A stretch of 64,000 nucleotides of DNA from Eledone cirrhosa (Eukaryota). The stretch covers positions 176,204,001 to 176,268,000 of the forward strand of contig OZ024743.1 of the NCBI GenBank assembly GCA_964016885.1, read 5' to 3'. Below, one piece after another: positions 29,449-42,168 of the stretch. Position 1 is the first letter of the stretch. Each line of letters starts with the position of its first letter. The position numbers and the translations under genes were made by a program. The notes under the pieces are model-generated. The model was not told where the DNA came from. It saw only the letters and a list, made by a program, of their open reading frames with translations, and did not search any database.

Positions 29449-32400
29449 TAGGGGTTACTCGACCGTTTTAACTTGGTCGATAGATATCGACTAGATTTTC
29501 CAACTGTGCCTACCTGGACTTGGAGAAACCACAGTGGTCAATCTAGATCGTACTTAGATAGATTCTTAGTTAGAAGTAAGGATAGGGACATATTAAGCTG
29601 TCCAGAAATGCGCACGGTTGGCTACACGGATCACAAATTAGTGACCTGCGTAGTCAATCTAGAGAAAACACATAAACAGGGTCCTGGTTACTGGAAACTT
29701 AATTTGTCTTTACCGGCAAAAGAGACTTACAGAAACCGGATTAGCAGATTAGTTAAGGAGAGGTTGACGGGTGCAATCGTCAACAACCGATGGTGGGTAT
29801 CTCTCAAAAGAGAGATTAGAACAGAATCAATAAGTTATAGCAAGATGTTAGCTGCCGATAGGAATAGAAACGAGAAAGAATTAACAGGTAAATTAGAAGA
29901 GGCAATCAAGAGCGAAGATGTGGCCAGAGTGCTGGCATCGAGGACGGCCTTGAACCAGTTTTTCGATGCAAAGCACGAAGGCTGCGTCATTCAAAGTAAA
30001 ATACGTGCTCTAGGTAATGAGGGGGCCAAAGCCGTTGGCTGGGCCCGCGTGACAGAAGCTAAGAGTGGAAATCGATCCACCATCCGGTCGTTGCAAGACG
30101 AAGATGGACGGGTGATCCGGGAGCCTAAGCACATGTGCGAGGCCTTTCAAAGGCACTTTGCCCGATTGTTCGGGGGAGGCGAGGGTCCGGGCGGGGACGT
30201 GGATTTCGGTCCATACCTCGACGGCCTGCCGCGTCTCTCGAGCGAAGAGGCAGAGTCCTGCGAGGGACCAATCTCGGCTGATGAGATCGGAGATGCGCTG
30301 AGCCAATGCAGCAGACGCAAATCTCCAGGTCTCGATGGTATACCTTACGAACTTTATTTAGCAATGCCGGTCTTCTTCTCCGAACTCCTCGAAGCGGTCT
30401 ACTGCAATTGGCAGCAGAACGGGAGAATTCCTTGTTCTGTAGCCAAGGGCGTAGTCACGCTGGTGAGGAAGGACGATAACAAGGGAGATAGTATAAATAA
30501 TTTTCGGCCCATAACCCTGCTAAACACAGAGTTAAAGATTTTGGCCAAGGTGTTAGCAAAGAGGTTGGCGCTTGTCGTGGGTGGCCTGGTGGGAGATGCG
30601 CAGACATGTGCTATCCCATCCAGGTCCATTCACGATAACCTCCACCTCATGCGATACATCATAGAGAGGGTTGGCAACAAACCCGGCTTCGGTGGGGCCC
30701 TGATCAACTTGGATCAGTCTAAGGCCTTCGATAGGGTCGACCATGTTTACCTGGATGCGGTGCTAGCGACGGCTGGGTTCGGTCCTGTTTTCAGAGGCTG
30801 GATCACTGCCTTACATAGCAACCACATCTGTTCTAGGATCAAGGTGAACGGCTACCTTTCGAATCCGTTCGAAATCACACGATCCATTCGACAGGGGTGC
30901 CCTCTCTCCTCCCTTCTGTACGTATTGACTCTCGAGCCTTTACTGAGGAAGTTGGAGTTGTTGCAGGGTATCCCCCTGGAACCAGGATTGAGCAAAGCGG
31001 TGTCGGCCTACGCCGATGACGTAACAGTAATGGTATCGACCGACTCGGAGATCGAGGCGATCGGTACTTTACTGGAGGATTACGAAAGGTTGTCAGGAGC
31101 GAAACTGAACCGGGAAAAATCCATCGGGCTGCAACTCGGAACGTGGAGAAGCAGACCGATGCCTCCCGACGGTGTCGTCGGACACTGGACGGAGGGCCCG
31201 GTAAAGTTGCTTGGGGTCTGGTTTGGACCGGACCTCCAGGTGGAAAAGAACTGGAACGAGGTTACGAACAAGGTGTTTGCACTAACCCAGAAATGGGCCA
31301 AGTGTAAGCTGTCCCTAAAAGGCTGGGCGGAGGTGGCGAACATTTACATAGCGTCCGTCACTTACTACCGCCTGACTGTCGTGCCTTGCCCTAAGGAAAC
31401 ACTCACCACCATGGAACGCATGCTCTTCCAATTTCTTTGGAAGAAGCGCCCTCCTATGGTGAGAAGATCCATCTGCTGCCAACAACCTTCGAAAGGAGGG
31501 CTGGGGATGCCGTGGTTGATGATGCGTAGGCACGCATTAAGGCTACTGCACCTACAGGTATTCCTCACTGGTCAACCGGTGTGGGCTCCGTTCGTGAAAC
31601 GAGCCTTTCCGAGACTCGTCTCGCTCACCGAGCTGCAGTCCTGGGTCAAGCAAAGATCCGGAAAACTGGGAGACTGGCACACTGAGTGTGCTCAGGCGCT
31701 CAGGGCTCTCTGGCAAGCGGGCCAGGCCGTCAGTGGAGAATCCACCTCATCATTCTATAGAGGGCTGGTGGCTAGCAAGGGCGATGACACCCTTGGAGAG
31801 TCGCTGGACATGGAAGAGGACGAACTGGCCAGCCTGTTCGGTAGGACTTTCGGCCCGGGACCAATGGACAACTTCCAGAAGTCACTAGCCTGGCAGTGCT
31901 ACCGGGGGGCTCTCCCCGTTCGAGAGAGGCTCTACAGACACGGGCGCCCTGACAGGGATCCCTCAAAAAAGATTTGCCCTAGATGCGTGCGTCACGAAGA
32001 AACCGTTGCGCACGCATTGGTGCAATGTCCGGGCGTGGCTGATCTGTGGGGCTACGCCGAACGACTGCTGTCGCGGGTGGCGCCGATTCAATTGACTGCC
32101 GAGTCCGTGATGACAATCAAACCGCCTCCCCTCTTCACAAAGGAAGCAAAGGTGGTTTTTCTGTGCGTAATAGCCATGTTGAAAGAGGTTGTTTGGTGGA
32201 CACGATTGAAAGGTCTGAGGTCAGGCAACTTCCTCTCTGGCCATAGTCTGGTCTACTTCTTCCGATATCACTTCGGAAGAAGGATAAGAATGGAGAGAGA
32301 GGTGCTTGGCCACAGGCAGTTTTATGAAAGGTGGGTGATAGTGGCGAGAATGGCTCGTGTAAATGGGCCTTCTCTGTATACCATCCTGTAGGTAAAGAAG

Positions 32401-32606
32401 TAAAGGAGAGGGGAGCACCTTCTCCATGTGCTCCCCGGGCAAAGGATTGCACACTTTTTCGGGGGTGTGTGCAACCCCCATCACGTCCCCTCCCTTTTGA
32501 GGTTATTTTCGATTATTTTCATTTTATACCCTTTTTACTCGATTGTATGTAAACTCCCCCTTTGTATTTGTCCCTTCTTTTTATGCCTTTATGGTAAATA
32601 AAGAAA
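29449..32606 (+). mobile_element. Tx1-clade LINE copy A, 5'-truncated within the endonuclease
   Basis: Long ORF2 remnant, 3'UTR ending AATAAAGAAA, (TATC)n on both sides. Confidence 0.9.
29473..32391 (+). CDS. Tx1/L1-type ORF2 (APE C-terminus, reverse transcriptase, C-terminal zinc finger), N-terminally truncated
   Basis: SYLDRF, TDH, GPGYWKLN, KSPGLDG, FRPITLLN, LDQSKAFDRVDH, RQGCPLS, AYADD, GGLG, CPRC-x4-ETVAHALVQC. Confidence 0.9.
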   Translation: MVDRYRLDFPTVPTWTWRNHSGQSRSYLDRFLVRSKDRDILSCPEMRTVGYTDHKLVTCVVNLEKTHKQGPGYWKLNLSLPAKETYRNRISRLVKERLTGAIVNNRWWVSLKREIRTESISYSKMLAADRNRNEKELTGKLEEAIKSEDVARVLASRTALNQFFDAKHEGCVIQSKIRALGNEGAKAVGWARVTEAKSGNRSTIRSLQDEDGRVIREPKHMCEAFQRHFARLFGGGEGPGGDVDFGPYLDGLPRLSSEEAESCEGPISADEIGDALSQCSRRKSPGLDGIPYELYLAMPVFFSELLEAVYCNWQQNGRIPCSVAKGVVTLVRKDDNKGDSINNFRPITLLNTELKILAKVLAKRLALVVGGLVGDAQTCAIPSRSIHDNLHLMRYIIERVGNKPGFGGALINLDQSKAFDRVDHVYLDAVLATAGFGPVFRGWITALHSNHICSRIKVNGYLSNPFEITRSIRQGCPLSSLLYVLTLEPLLRKLELLQGIPLEPGLSKAVSAYADDVTVMVSTDSEIEAIGTLLEDYERLSGAKLNREKSIGLQLGTWRSRPMPPDGVVGHWTEGPVKLLGVWFGPDLQVEKNWNEVTNKVFALTQKWAKCKLSLKGWAEVANIYIASVTYYRLTVVPCPKETLTTMERMLFQFLWKKRPPMVRRSICCQQPSKGGLGMPWLMMRRHALRLLHLQVFLTGQPVWAPFVKRAFPRLVSLTELQSWVKQRSGKLGDWHTECAQALRALWQAGQAVSGESTSSFYRGLVASKGDDTLGESLDMEEDELASLFGRTFGPGPMDNFQKSLAWQCYRGALPVRERLYRHGRPDRDPSKKICPRCVRHEETVAHALVQCPGVADLWGYAERLLSRVAPIQLTAESVMTIKPPPLFTKEAKVVFLCVIAMLKEVVWWTRLKGLRSGNFLSGHSLVYFFRYHFGRRIRMEREVLGHRQFYERWVIVARMARVNGPSLYTIL

Positions 32607-32843
32607 TCTATCTATCTATCTATCTATCTTTCTGTCTAACGTGTGGAATATCGCCGGTAAGTTTTTTGTTAATTTCTATGCAAAAAACCGATCTAATTGT
32701 TGGAAAAAAATACAACACTTTGTAGATTAACCCCCAAGCTGAATTGTCAGCTGGGTGGTAATCCCATTTTTCGCCCCTGTAGGGGCGAAAATTTTATTTA
32801 AAAGTTTGTCTTAAAATATCAAATTTTACAAAGTAAAAAAAAC

Positions 32844-34720
32844 TTGAGCAACACTAGAACGCTGGAGAACGTTAATAGTGAAAAGAGAGAGAAAGAGGCA
32901 GATATTAACGTTATATCTGCTTCTGCTGCTATGGACGTTGCCATAGATACTGTCACAAAAGAAACAAATATATCAACATTTGAAAATGTTACAATTTCTA
33001 CCGCCGAAGCGGAGAAAAATGACAATAACACACGGGAAAACACGGCAAAAAAACCCATTGACATACATACACATGAAAAAGACATCAACAACTCTACAGA
33101 TACATCTACACATAAAATTTCCAACAACGATAACATCATTATTAACAACAACATCACACAAACAAAGAAAATGTCTTTTGCTGACACAGTCAACAAGAAA
33201 CAAGTTTTTATATATCTTGATATCTCCAACGCAAGAGATATGCTCCAGCAAGGGAGAAAATTTGTAACTTTCGAAGAAAGAGGTGGGTTTAGAATTAACT
33301 CACCCCTTGAAATAAAGGAAGACACAAACCGCCGATCAGTCACTTTTAGGACTGTGTCAAATTCGTCAAGAAAACCGACATTTGTTAATCAGTCAGATAT
33401 AGAAGATTCTTTCAAGGAGATTCTAGGAAATGTCGATTTTCTCCAGCGAGGAAAACAGTACGGAAGTGTTTCCGTACTGTTTAAAAGCGAGACACTGGCC
33501 CAAAAAAACTCTGTGACACCAATAGTGTCAAAAGCATACACCTTTTTCCCTACATACATGGGGAAAAGGACACAAAAAATAAAAATAAAAAACATACCTC
33601 CAAGCATTAACATCTGGTGGATCTTGGTTGGCTTCGTAGAGCCAGAAACAGACATAATACTTTCGATACGAAAATCCATTCGACAAAGGTGGGCGGGTAC
33701 CGATTTGGAGATTCTGTTGCAAATGAAACCGGAGAGAATCTCCAAAATACCCGAAAGAGTCGTTATTGAGAATAACAACAAAATAAACATTTCGGTAGAA
33801 GGAAGAAAATTTCACTGCTTTCGCTGTGGTAGCACATCTCACCTAAAAGCCTCTTGTCCACAAACACACAACAGCAACATCATAAAAAAAACGCTATTAC
33901 CAACACCAACACCAAAACAACCACCACCACCACCACAAGTACAACGACAGACGAAACGAGCAACCACACCAAAACAAACAGACACTCAACCAACAACAAC
34001 AGAAAAAACAGAGACAACACCCCTGAAGAACACATCCCCACTCCATCCCACTCCATCAAACACTACCACAAACACACATACCGAAACACCACCACCACCA
34101 CACAACATACCCTTACCCCACACACCTGACGGTGATTATTCATCGACGGATGAAGCTGCTTCTCCTTCTTTAAGTGAAGAAGAGGGAGAACCGCGGAAAT
34201 CCAAAAAACAAAAAAAGAGACACCACAAAACCCCCAAAACTCCAATCACCAACACCAACACACAACCACAGACACAAACAACAACACAAACAACACCACA
34301 GTCAAACACCCCCTATCAGCAAAACCAGCACCAACACCACCCCAAACACAAGCACCCACCATAAAAAGAAAACTCCCAGATGAACAACAAACTAAAACAA
34401 TACAACAAAAACACAAACAACAATACGCATACATCAACACAAACAACAAGAGTTTGATGGAGGTCATCTCCCAAAACCCCAAGGTGGAGACGGAGGGCAA
34501 AACTTTCGTCAAGGCAGAATCGTCTCCACATCTTAAACTTATAAGGGTTTCTATGGAAACCTATAAAGACCTGAAAATTAAATTTTCACAGGACGTGGGC
34601 AACCCCTGCCACAAACCCATCAACCGCGTCCTGTTGAAAGGTTTCCCCACCCCACCCAACACCCCATCCAGCACCCAAATGGAGATTGAACAACCCGATC
34701 TCCAGGAAACGAAAAGGTAA
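32844..34720 (+). pseudogene. Tx1 ORF1 (RRM-like region, CCHC knuckle, P/T-rich tail), probable frameshift near 34360
   Basis: CFRCGSTSHLKASC knuckle; reading continues in another frame (ORF 34454..34720) up to the inter-ORF spacer. Confidence 0.8.
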
Positions 34721-34761
34721 GTGCACCTTTCGTCCTTTTTCTCCAACTTTTCTTCACCAAC

Positions 34762-37700
34762 ATGGTTGGTTTACGAGTTGGAACCGTGAATGTGCGTGGC
34801 CTAGGGATGCCCTGGAAACAGGGCCAACTTTTAAACGACCTTAGGTCACACAGTATGGATGTGATAGCCATCACCGAGTCCAGAATCCACAACAGGCAGC
34901 AACTAACCCCCATCTTCGACGACTTTGAGATCTACGCATCTCTCTGTCAGCCAGGAGGTAGAGGTGGAGTGGCTGTTATGTTTCGGAAGAACCTGGACGT
35001 CGGAGTACAGCAAGTACACTTGGACCCGGAGGGTAGACTGGTAGTCCTAGACGTGAACAGTATCGGAGGTGGAGCCTTCAGACTGGTGGCCGTTTATGCC
35101 CCGACCGGGCAATCGCAATCACGGCCAGACTTCTTTAAGCGTCTAGAGTCTTTTCTGGGAACGTCTCGCTCCTTACTTTTAGTGGGGGACTGGAATGGTA
35201 TCCTAGATGCACGATGGGACTATGTGGGAGCATGTCCCAGTAGAGCGGGGTGCAACAGCCTCAAAACTTTAATCGGCCAATTCCAACTGGCCGATAGGTA
35301 TCGACTGGATTTCCCGACTGCACCACAGTGGACGTGGGTAAACCGCAGTGGGACATCTAGATCGTATTTAGATAGGTTCTTCATTAGAGAAAGGGACAAG
35401 GATATGTTAAGCTGTCCACGAATGCACATGGTTGCCTATTCAGATCACAAGTTAGTCGTCTGCTTAGTCAACCGTGATAGAATACATAAACAGGGTCCCG
35501 GATACTGGAAGCTGAACGTGTCGTTGCCGGCACGTAAAGCTTACAGTGAACGGATAAGTAAACTAGTCAAGCAACAGTTAACGGGAGCCATCGTCAACAA
35601 TAGATGGTGGTACTCTCTCAAGAAAGCAATTAGAATAGAATCGATAGGGTATAGCAGAGAGTTAGCCTTAGAGAAAAACAGAATAGAAAGAGAACTAGTA
35701 GCCAAGGTAGAGGAGGCACTTTGAAGTGGCAACGCGGCTAGAGTGTTAGCGTCGAGAACGGCACTGGACCAGTTCTTCGATGCGAAACACGAAGGCTGCG
35801 TGGTCAGAAGCAAAACACGTGCTCTAGGAAACGAAGGAGCGAAGTGGCGGAGGCAAAAAGTGGCAACAAGTCCACGATTCGGTCTTTGAAAGACCAAAAC
35901 GGACGCGTGCTACTTGACCCCAAGCAAATGTGCGCGGCCTTTCAGCGGCACTTTGCGCGACTGTTTGAGCAGAACGACGGTGAGCCGAACGGGGCAATGG
36001 ACTTTAGTTCATACCTCGACGGCCTGCCGCGTCTCTCGAACACGGACGCCGAGTTCTGCGAAAGACCGATCACGGACACTGAGATACGGGACGCTCTGGG
36101 CCGCTGCGGGAAACGCAAGTCACCCGGTCTAGATGGTCTACCCTACGAATTTTACATAGGCATGCCGGACTTGTTCTCTGGCGTCCTCGAAGCTGTCTAC
36201 TGCAATTGGCAGCAGAACGGGAGAATTCCCAGTTCTGCAGGCAAGGGCGTAGTAACGCTGATCAGGAAAGACGAGAACAAGGGGGACGAAATTAACAACT
36301 TCAGGCCCATAACTCTGCTCAACACAGAGTTAAAGATTTTGGCCAAGGTGCTAGCGACGAGGTTGGCGCTTGTCGTCGAGAACCTGGTAGGGAAAGCGCA
36401 AACGTGTGCAATCCCGACCAGGTCCATACACGACAACCTCCACCTCATGCGATACATCATAGAGAGGGTGGGTAGTAAACCCGGCTTCGGTGGGGCTCTG
36501 ATCAACTTGGATCAGTCTAAGGCATTCGATAGGGTCGACCATCGATACTTGGAAGCGGTTCTCAAGGCGGCCGGTTTCGATCCCGTGTTCAGAGGATGGA
36601 TCGAGGCGATGCACACCAGCATCTGCTCGAGGGTCAAGGTGAACGGCTACCTATCGGAGCCGTTCGCAATCACGCGTTCCATTCGACAGGGATGCCCTCT
36701 CTCCTCCATTCTGTATGTATTGACTCTAGAGCCACTACTGCGGAAATTGGAGCTGTTGCAGGGCATCCCCCTAGAACCGGGACTGCGCAAAGCGGCGTCG
36801 GCTTATGCCGACGACGTGACAGTAATGGTGTCGAGCACCTCGGAAATCGGGGTGATCGGCAACATACTGAAAGAATACGAAACGCTGACGGGAGCAAAAC
36901 TAAACCCAGACAAGTCTGTCGGTTTGCAACTCGGTACGTGGAGAGGCAAACCGATGACATCCGACAGCGTCGTTGGACGCTGGACGGTCGGACCGGTGAA
37001 ATTGCTCGGGGTCTGGTTCGGTCCAGACTTCCAGGTGGAGAAAAACTGGAACGAGGTCACGGCCAAGGTGTTTGCACTCACTCAGAAGTGGGCAGAGTGC
37101 AAACTGTCCTTGAAAGGTCGAGCGGAGGTGGCGAACACTTTCATAGCGTCCGTCATCTACTACCGCTTGACTGTCGTGCCTTGTCCCCGTGAACACCTCG
37201 CCAAGATGGAACGCATGCTCTTCCAGTTTCTGTGGAAGAAGCAGGCTCCGCTGGTGAGGAGATCCGTCTGCTGTCAGCACCCTTCCAACGGAGGGCTGGG
37301 AATGCCGTGGCTGATGATGCGCAAACATGCGCTGAGGCTGCGGCATCTCCAGGTATTCCTCACCGACCCCCAACCGGTGTGGGCACCGTTTGTGAGACAG
37401 GCTTTCCCACAGCTCGTCTCGCTAACGGAGCTGCAGTCCTGGGTGAAGAAAAGACCGAAAACGATGGGCGCCTGGCACATTGAATGCGCTCAGGCGCTCA
37501 CAGTCCTCTGGCAAGCGGGCGCAGCAATCAGTGGAGACTCCACTTCGACATTCTATAGAGGGATTGTACGTTACAAGGGCGACGACGTGCTCGGAGAGAC
37601 TCTGGGCGTCGAAGACGATGAGCTCACCAGTATGTTTGGTAGGACTTTCCGCCCGGGACCTATGGACAACTTCCAGAGGTCCCTGGTCTGGCAGTGCTAC

Positions 37701-38189
37701 CGAGGAGCTCTACCGGTTCGTGACAAGATCTACAGGCACGGACGCCCTGGCAGGAATCCTTCCAAGAGGACGTGTCCAAGATGTGCGCAGGACATTGAAA
37801 CAGTTCTGTACGCAATTGTACACTGCCCGGGCGTAAGCGACCTGTGGAACTATGCAGAACAACTGCTGTCGCGTATGGGACAAATACAGTTGACTGCCGA
37901 GTCCATAGTAAGGATCAAACCGCCAGACTCTTTCAAAAACGAAAGAGAGGCGGTTTTCCTCTGTACGGTGGCTATGGTGAAAGAAGTTATATGGTGGACG
38001 AGGTTGAGAGGACTGAGGACAGATGCCTTTCTCTCCGGACAACAATTGATTCCATTCTTTAAGTATCACTTTAGAAGGAGAATCAGGGTGGAGAGAGAGG
38101 CACTGCACCCCAGTAAATTTACTGAAAGGTGGGTGAATGAAGCGAAAATGGCCCGAGTGATTGGGCCTTCTCTGTTTATAAGCCTGTAG
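34762..38189 (+). pseudogene. Tx1 ORF2 (APE endonuclease + RT + zinc finger), disrupted by stop at 35722-35724 and frameshift near 35845
   Basis: NVRGL, VYAP, GDWN, SYLDRF, SDH in 34762..35724; RT motifs and AYADD in 35844..38189; colinear with copy A. Confidence 0.9.
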
Positions 38190-38432
38190 GTTGAGGAAGA
38201 GAGCAAAAGGAAGAAAGGAGCACTTGCACAACACGCTCCTTAAGTTGAGGGTTGTTCTATCGACGGGGTATTAAACAACCCATTTGTGGTGCCTCCCCCC
38301 TATTGGGGATTTCGATTGTTGAAATTGTTTGTTTTTATATTTTTTACACGACTATGTAAAATCCCCGGCATGTCTTTGTATTGTCCCCTTTCTTGTTGCG
38401 CCCTTGTGGCTAATAAAGAAATCTATCTATCA

Positions 38433-38466
<34 letters not shown>

Positions 38467-38640
38467 ATATCTCTAATAGGATCAAGTATGACCCCGAAGG
38501 CAGAGCACAAGCCGTTTCGACGGCTATTTCTGGACTAAATAAGAATTTTTAGCCTGGTAAATAAATAGCCGAACTTCTCAGGGGGGTGCTTCCTTATATA
38601 CCGCGCCTATCTCTCTCTATATATATATGTACGTGTGTGT

Positions 38641-38744
<104 letters not shown>

Positions 38745-38798
38745 ATATATATATATATATGTATGTATATATATATGTATATATATATATATGTATAA

Positions 38799-38904
38799 TC
38801 AAGGTTTAGCAAATAAGAAAAAGTTTCAAAATAAATTTAAAAAAATTTCCTGTACTTACTTTTGAAATTTATTTTGAAACTTTTTCTTATTTGCTAAACC
38901 TTGA
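38799..38904. repeat. ~105-bp palindrome adjacent to (TA)n
   Basis: TCAAGGTTTAGCAAATAAGAAAAAGTTTCAAAATAAATTT and its reverse complement. Confidence 0.85.
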
Positions 38905-39031
38905 ATATATATGTTCTGGTTCGTTAATTTATTAACCTGCCATTGAACCACATTGGCATTTGGTTGGACAATACATGTGTCCCTATACGCTTTTTGCGTG
39001 TAGGGATATATACTTTATTATATATATATGT

Positions 39032-39137
<106 letters not shown>

Positions 39138-39633
39138 ATATATATATATATATATATAGGTGTATATATATTTGTATATATATATGTATATATATATAAG
39201 TATATGTATATATATATATATATGTATATATATATAAGTATATGTATATATATATACATATATGTATATATATGTATGCATATATATATATATATATATA
39301 TACATGTGTGTGTGTTAGTATGAGTGTCTCTTAGAACCGAAGAAATTACATTAAGGAAGAACCATTTTAGCTCATCTTGTAAGAACACAAAATCTTATTT
39401 ACACTTTTTGTTTATTTCTTGAGGTGCCAAAAGTTTTGTTACACTCCTGCTATCTGTTCGCCAACGTGTTACCCCCTACATCATATACATACATACCCCC
39501 CCCCCCCTTATACATATATATATTATAAATATATTAAATAAATATATATATATATATATAATATTATATATATTATATATATCATATATATATATATATA
39601 AATCATGTATATATATCATATATATAATATTTA

Positions 39634-39669
<36 letters not shown>

Positions 39670-40320
39670 TTATATATATATATATATATGTATATTATTT
39701 TGCTTGTTTTTGCTGTTGTACAATTTGTTGTGAGGGCTGAGAATATAATTGCGGTTTGGCCTTTTGACATGTTGCCGTTAGTCAATTCTAAATTCAATTC
39801 TTTTCATTCCACTGTATAACTGTAATGTATAATATTTATTTATACATTTCATAAACATTGCTTTATCTCTTTATTTTATTTTTTTTTGTACTCATAGAAG
39901 CTGGTTCAGAACGTAATGATGCCTCGTTGCTACGTGTATATATAACATATATATAGTATGTTTGAAATATCTAAAAATAGTACAAGTTCTATTAAAATTG
40001 AATTCTTGATGTATCTACCGCATGGTAGGAAGATTGTCTATGTATATCAAAGATGAATGTGTTGATGTGTTTCTTCGCCAGCCTGCCCCCTGCCCCTGTA
40101 TGGCACCTAGAGCTATGGGAGATGTGCTGGTCAATCCCACATGCCACTATCACCGAATGTTGTAGCAAGTTATTGTTGTATGATTTTTATAGTAGTGCTG
40201 AGAGCCAGATCCTTCCAACTTCATTTTCCCCTGTATCACGTAAAGGAACATTTTTCCGTGGAAGTTTTAAAATTTGTTTGAAGAATTTTTTTATATTTTC
40301 AAGATTTTGAAGGTTTTATG

Positions 40321-40378
40321 CTGTCTGAAGAGCTCAGGCTATCAGAATTGTTAGTCCTCAGCGAAATATGTATCACGG
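40321..40378 (+). ncRNA. Minimal type I hammerhead ribozyme
   Basis: CTGT-CTGAAGA-GCTCAGGCTA...TAGTCCTCAGC-GAAA-TATGTA-TC^-ACGG; AUC triplet; stem I CTGT/ACGG. Confidence 0.75.
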
Positions 40379-40443
40379 AGATTTAAATTAACCTAAATTA
40401 ACTGTTTATGGCCGATATTTTTAATACTATATATATACATATA

Positions 40444-40541
<98 letters not shown>

Positions 40542-40622
40542 AAAGGTAAACAGAAATAACACAATCGGTACAGTATATGGAAGGGGTATATTAGGTTAAC
40601 GCTTGATATAGCAGGAAGAGGG

Positions 40623-40658
40623 TCTTAACGTTTCGGACGCTACTCCTTCATCAGAAGA
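40623..40658 (-). ncRNA. Minimal type I hammerhead ribozyme
   Basis: Minus strand TCTT-CTGATGA-A-GGA-GTAGCG-TCC-GAAA-CG-TT^-AAGA; helix III palindrome ACGT. Confidence 0.75.
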
Positions 40659-40760
40659 AAGAAATGAGAAATAAGATATATTGAGGGGACGGGTGGGATG
40701 GAATTGGAAAAAAAAATGTCTTCAGATAAGAATAACAGGTCCATTCATGTTGACATCTCT

Positions 40761-40881
<121 letters not shown>

Positions 40882-41055
40882 CGAAGGAAGTGTGGTAAGG
40901 AACCAGGTGGACCAGAGTACTCGATACAATGTGTAGTAGAGTAGGTAATAGGAAAAGAGTCTGAACAGAAATAGCTGTTGAAACGGCCGGAGCTCAGCCG
41001 TCGGGGTCCTGACTTTTTTCCTATATATATACATATGTATATACACACACAGACG

Positions 41056-41087
<32 letters not shown>

Positions 41088-41179
41088 GAAGTAGTAACAG
41101 AACAGTTAGTTCACCATACCGAGAACAAATATTACCTTCCAGTGTCCTATCTCTCTGTCTCTCTCTATATATATAAGTT

Positions 41180-41367
41180 TATCCCGGGTTCAATCAGGGG
41201 TAACCGCAGTAAGTAAGGTACTCAATACAAAGCAGAGTATAAATATTTAATATAGAAATGGCTTCTATAGGACTAGAACTGTTTCATTCGGGAGAAATCA
41301 TCAGGCTTCCTGATGATTTCTCCCGAATGAAACAGTTCTAGTCCTTTAGAAGCCATTTCTATATTAA

Positions 41368-41369
<2 letters not shown>
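41180..41369. repeat. Palindromic module with hammerhead-like core (family also at 973-1040, 18598-18650, 56870-57040)
   Basis: 41245-41369 near-perfect palindrome centred at 41307; CTGATGA at 41310-41316 and GAAAC at 41329. Confidence 0.7.
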
Positions 41370-41438
<69 letters not shown>

Positions 41439-41919
41439 CATATCCATATATGGGTGTGTGTGCGTGTGTATATGTGTGGGTGTGTGGGTGTATACATTTA
41501 TATATAACTTCTTCGTTTCGTTTCTATTCCTTGTCTTCTACATATTTCATTATTCCCTCTCTACCATCCCAAGAACGGTGCTACCTGACACCCTTATGTA
41601 TTAACTCTTTCCTACTTCTATTCAGCGTCAAACTAATATCCTCAATATCGAAGCATATTCCGTCCTGTTTTGTTTTTCTGGTCCCTTATTTCTCTCTATA
41701 TATAAGGTGAATAAAATAATTTGAGCGCTGTGGTTGCCTTCCTGAGTCACGGTCACTACCTTTGAGAGAAAACATTTTTGCTGGTCGATCTATTAAAAAT
41801 GCAGTTTTATCTTTTTAATTTTCTCGCTCTTCCCTCACTCTCTCTCTCTCTCTTTCTTTCATTCTTTCTTTATTTCTAGCTTTCTTTCTTTCTCTCTCTC
41901 TCACTCTCTCTCTCTCTCC

Positions 41920-41966
<47 letters not shown>

Positions 41967-41989
41967 CCCCTCTCTCTCTCTCTCTCTCC

Positions 41990-42025
<36 letters not shown>

Positions 42026-42168
42026 GTATGTAAAAGGTAAACAGAAATAACAGAAATAAAAACAAACGGCACGGTACATGGAAGAAATATATTACACACA
42101 CACACACTCACACACAGATACACACACACGCACACACACGCATACATATTTATATATATATATATATA

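Larger units (their letters stand above)
32641..38421 (+). mobile_element. Tx1-clade LINE copy B, near full length (5'UTR, ORF1, ORF2, 3'UTR)
   Basis: Two-ORF layout; ends AATAAAGAAA then (TATC)n; preceded by TATC repeats. Confidence 0.92.

Noticed and set aside
30010-38234. Antisense and alternate-frame ORFs inside the Tx1 elements
   Set aside because: Shadows of GC-richer ORF2; no independent motifs
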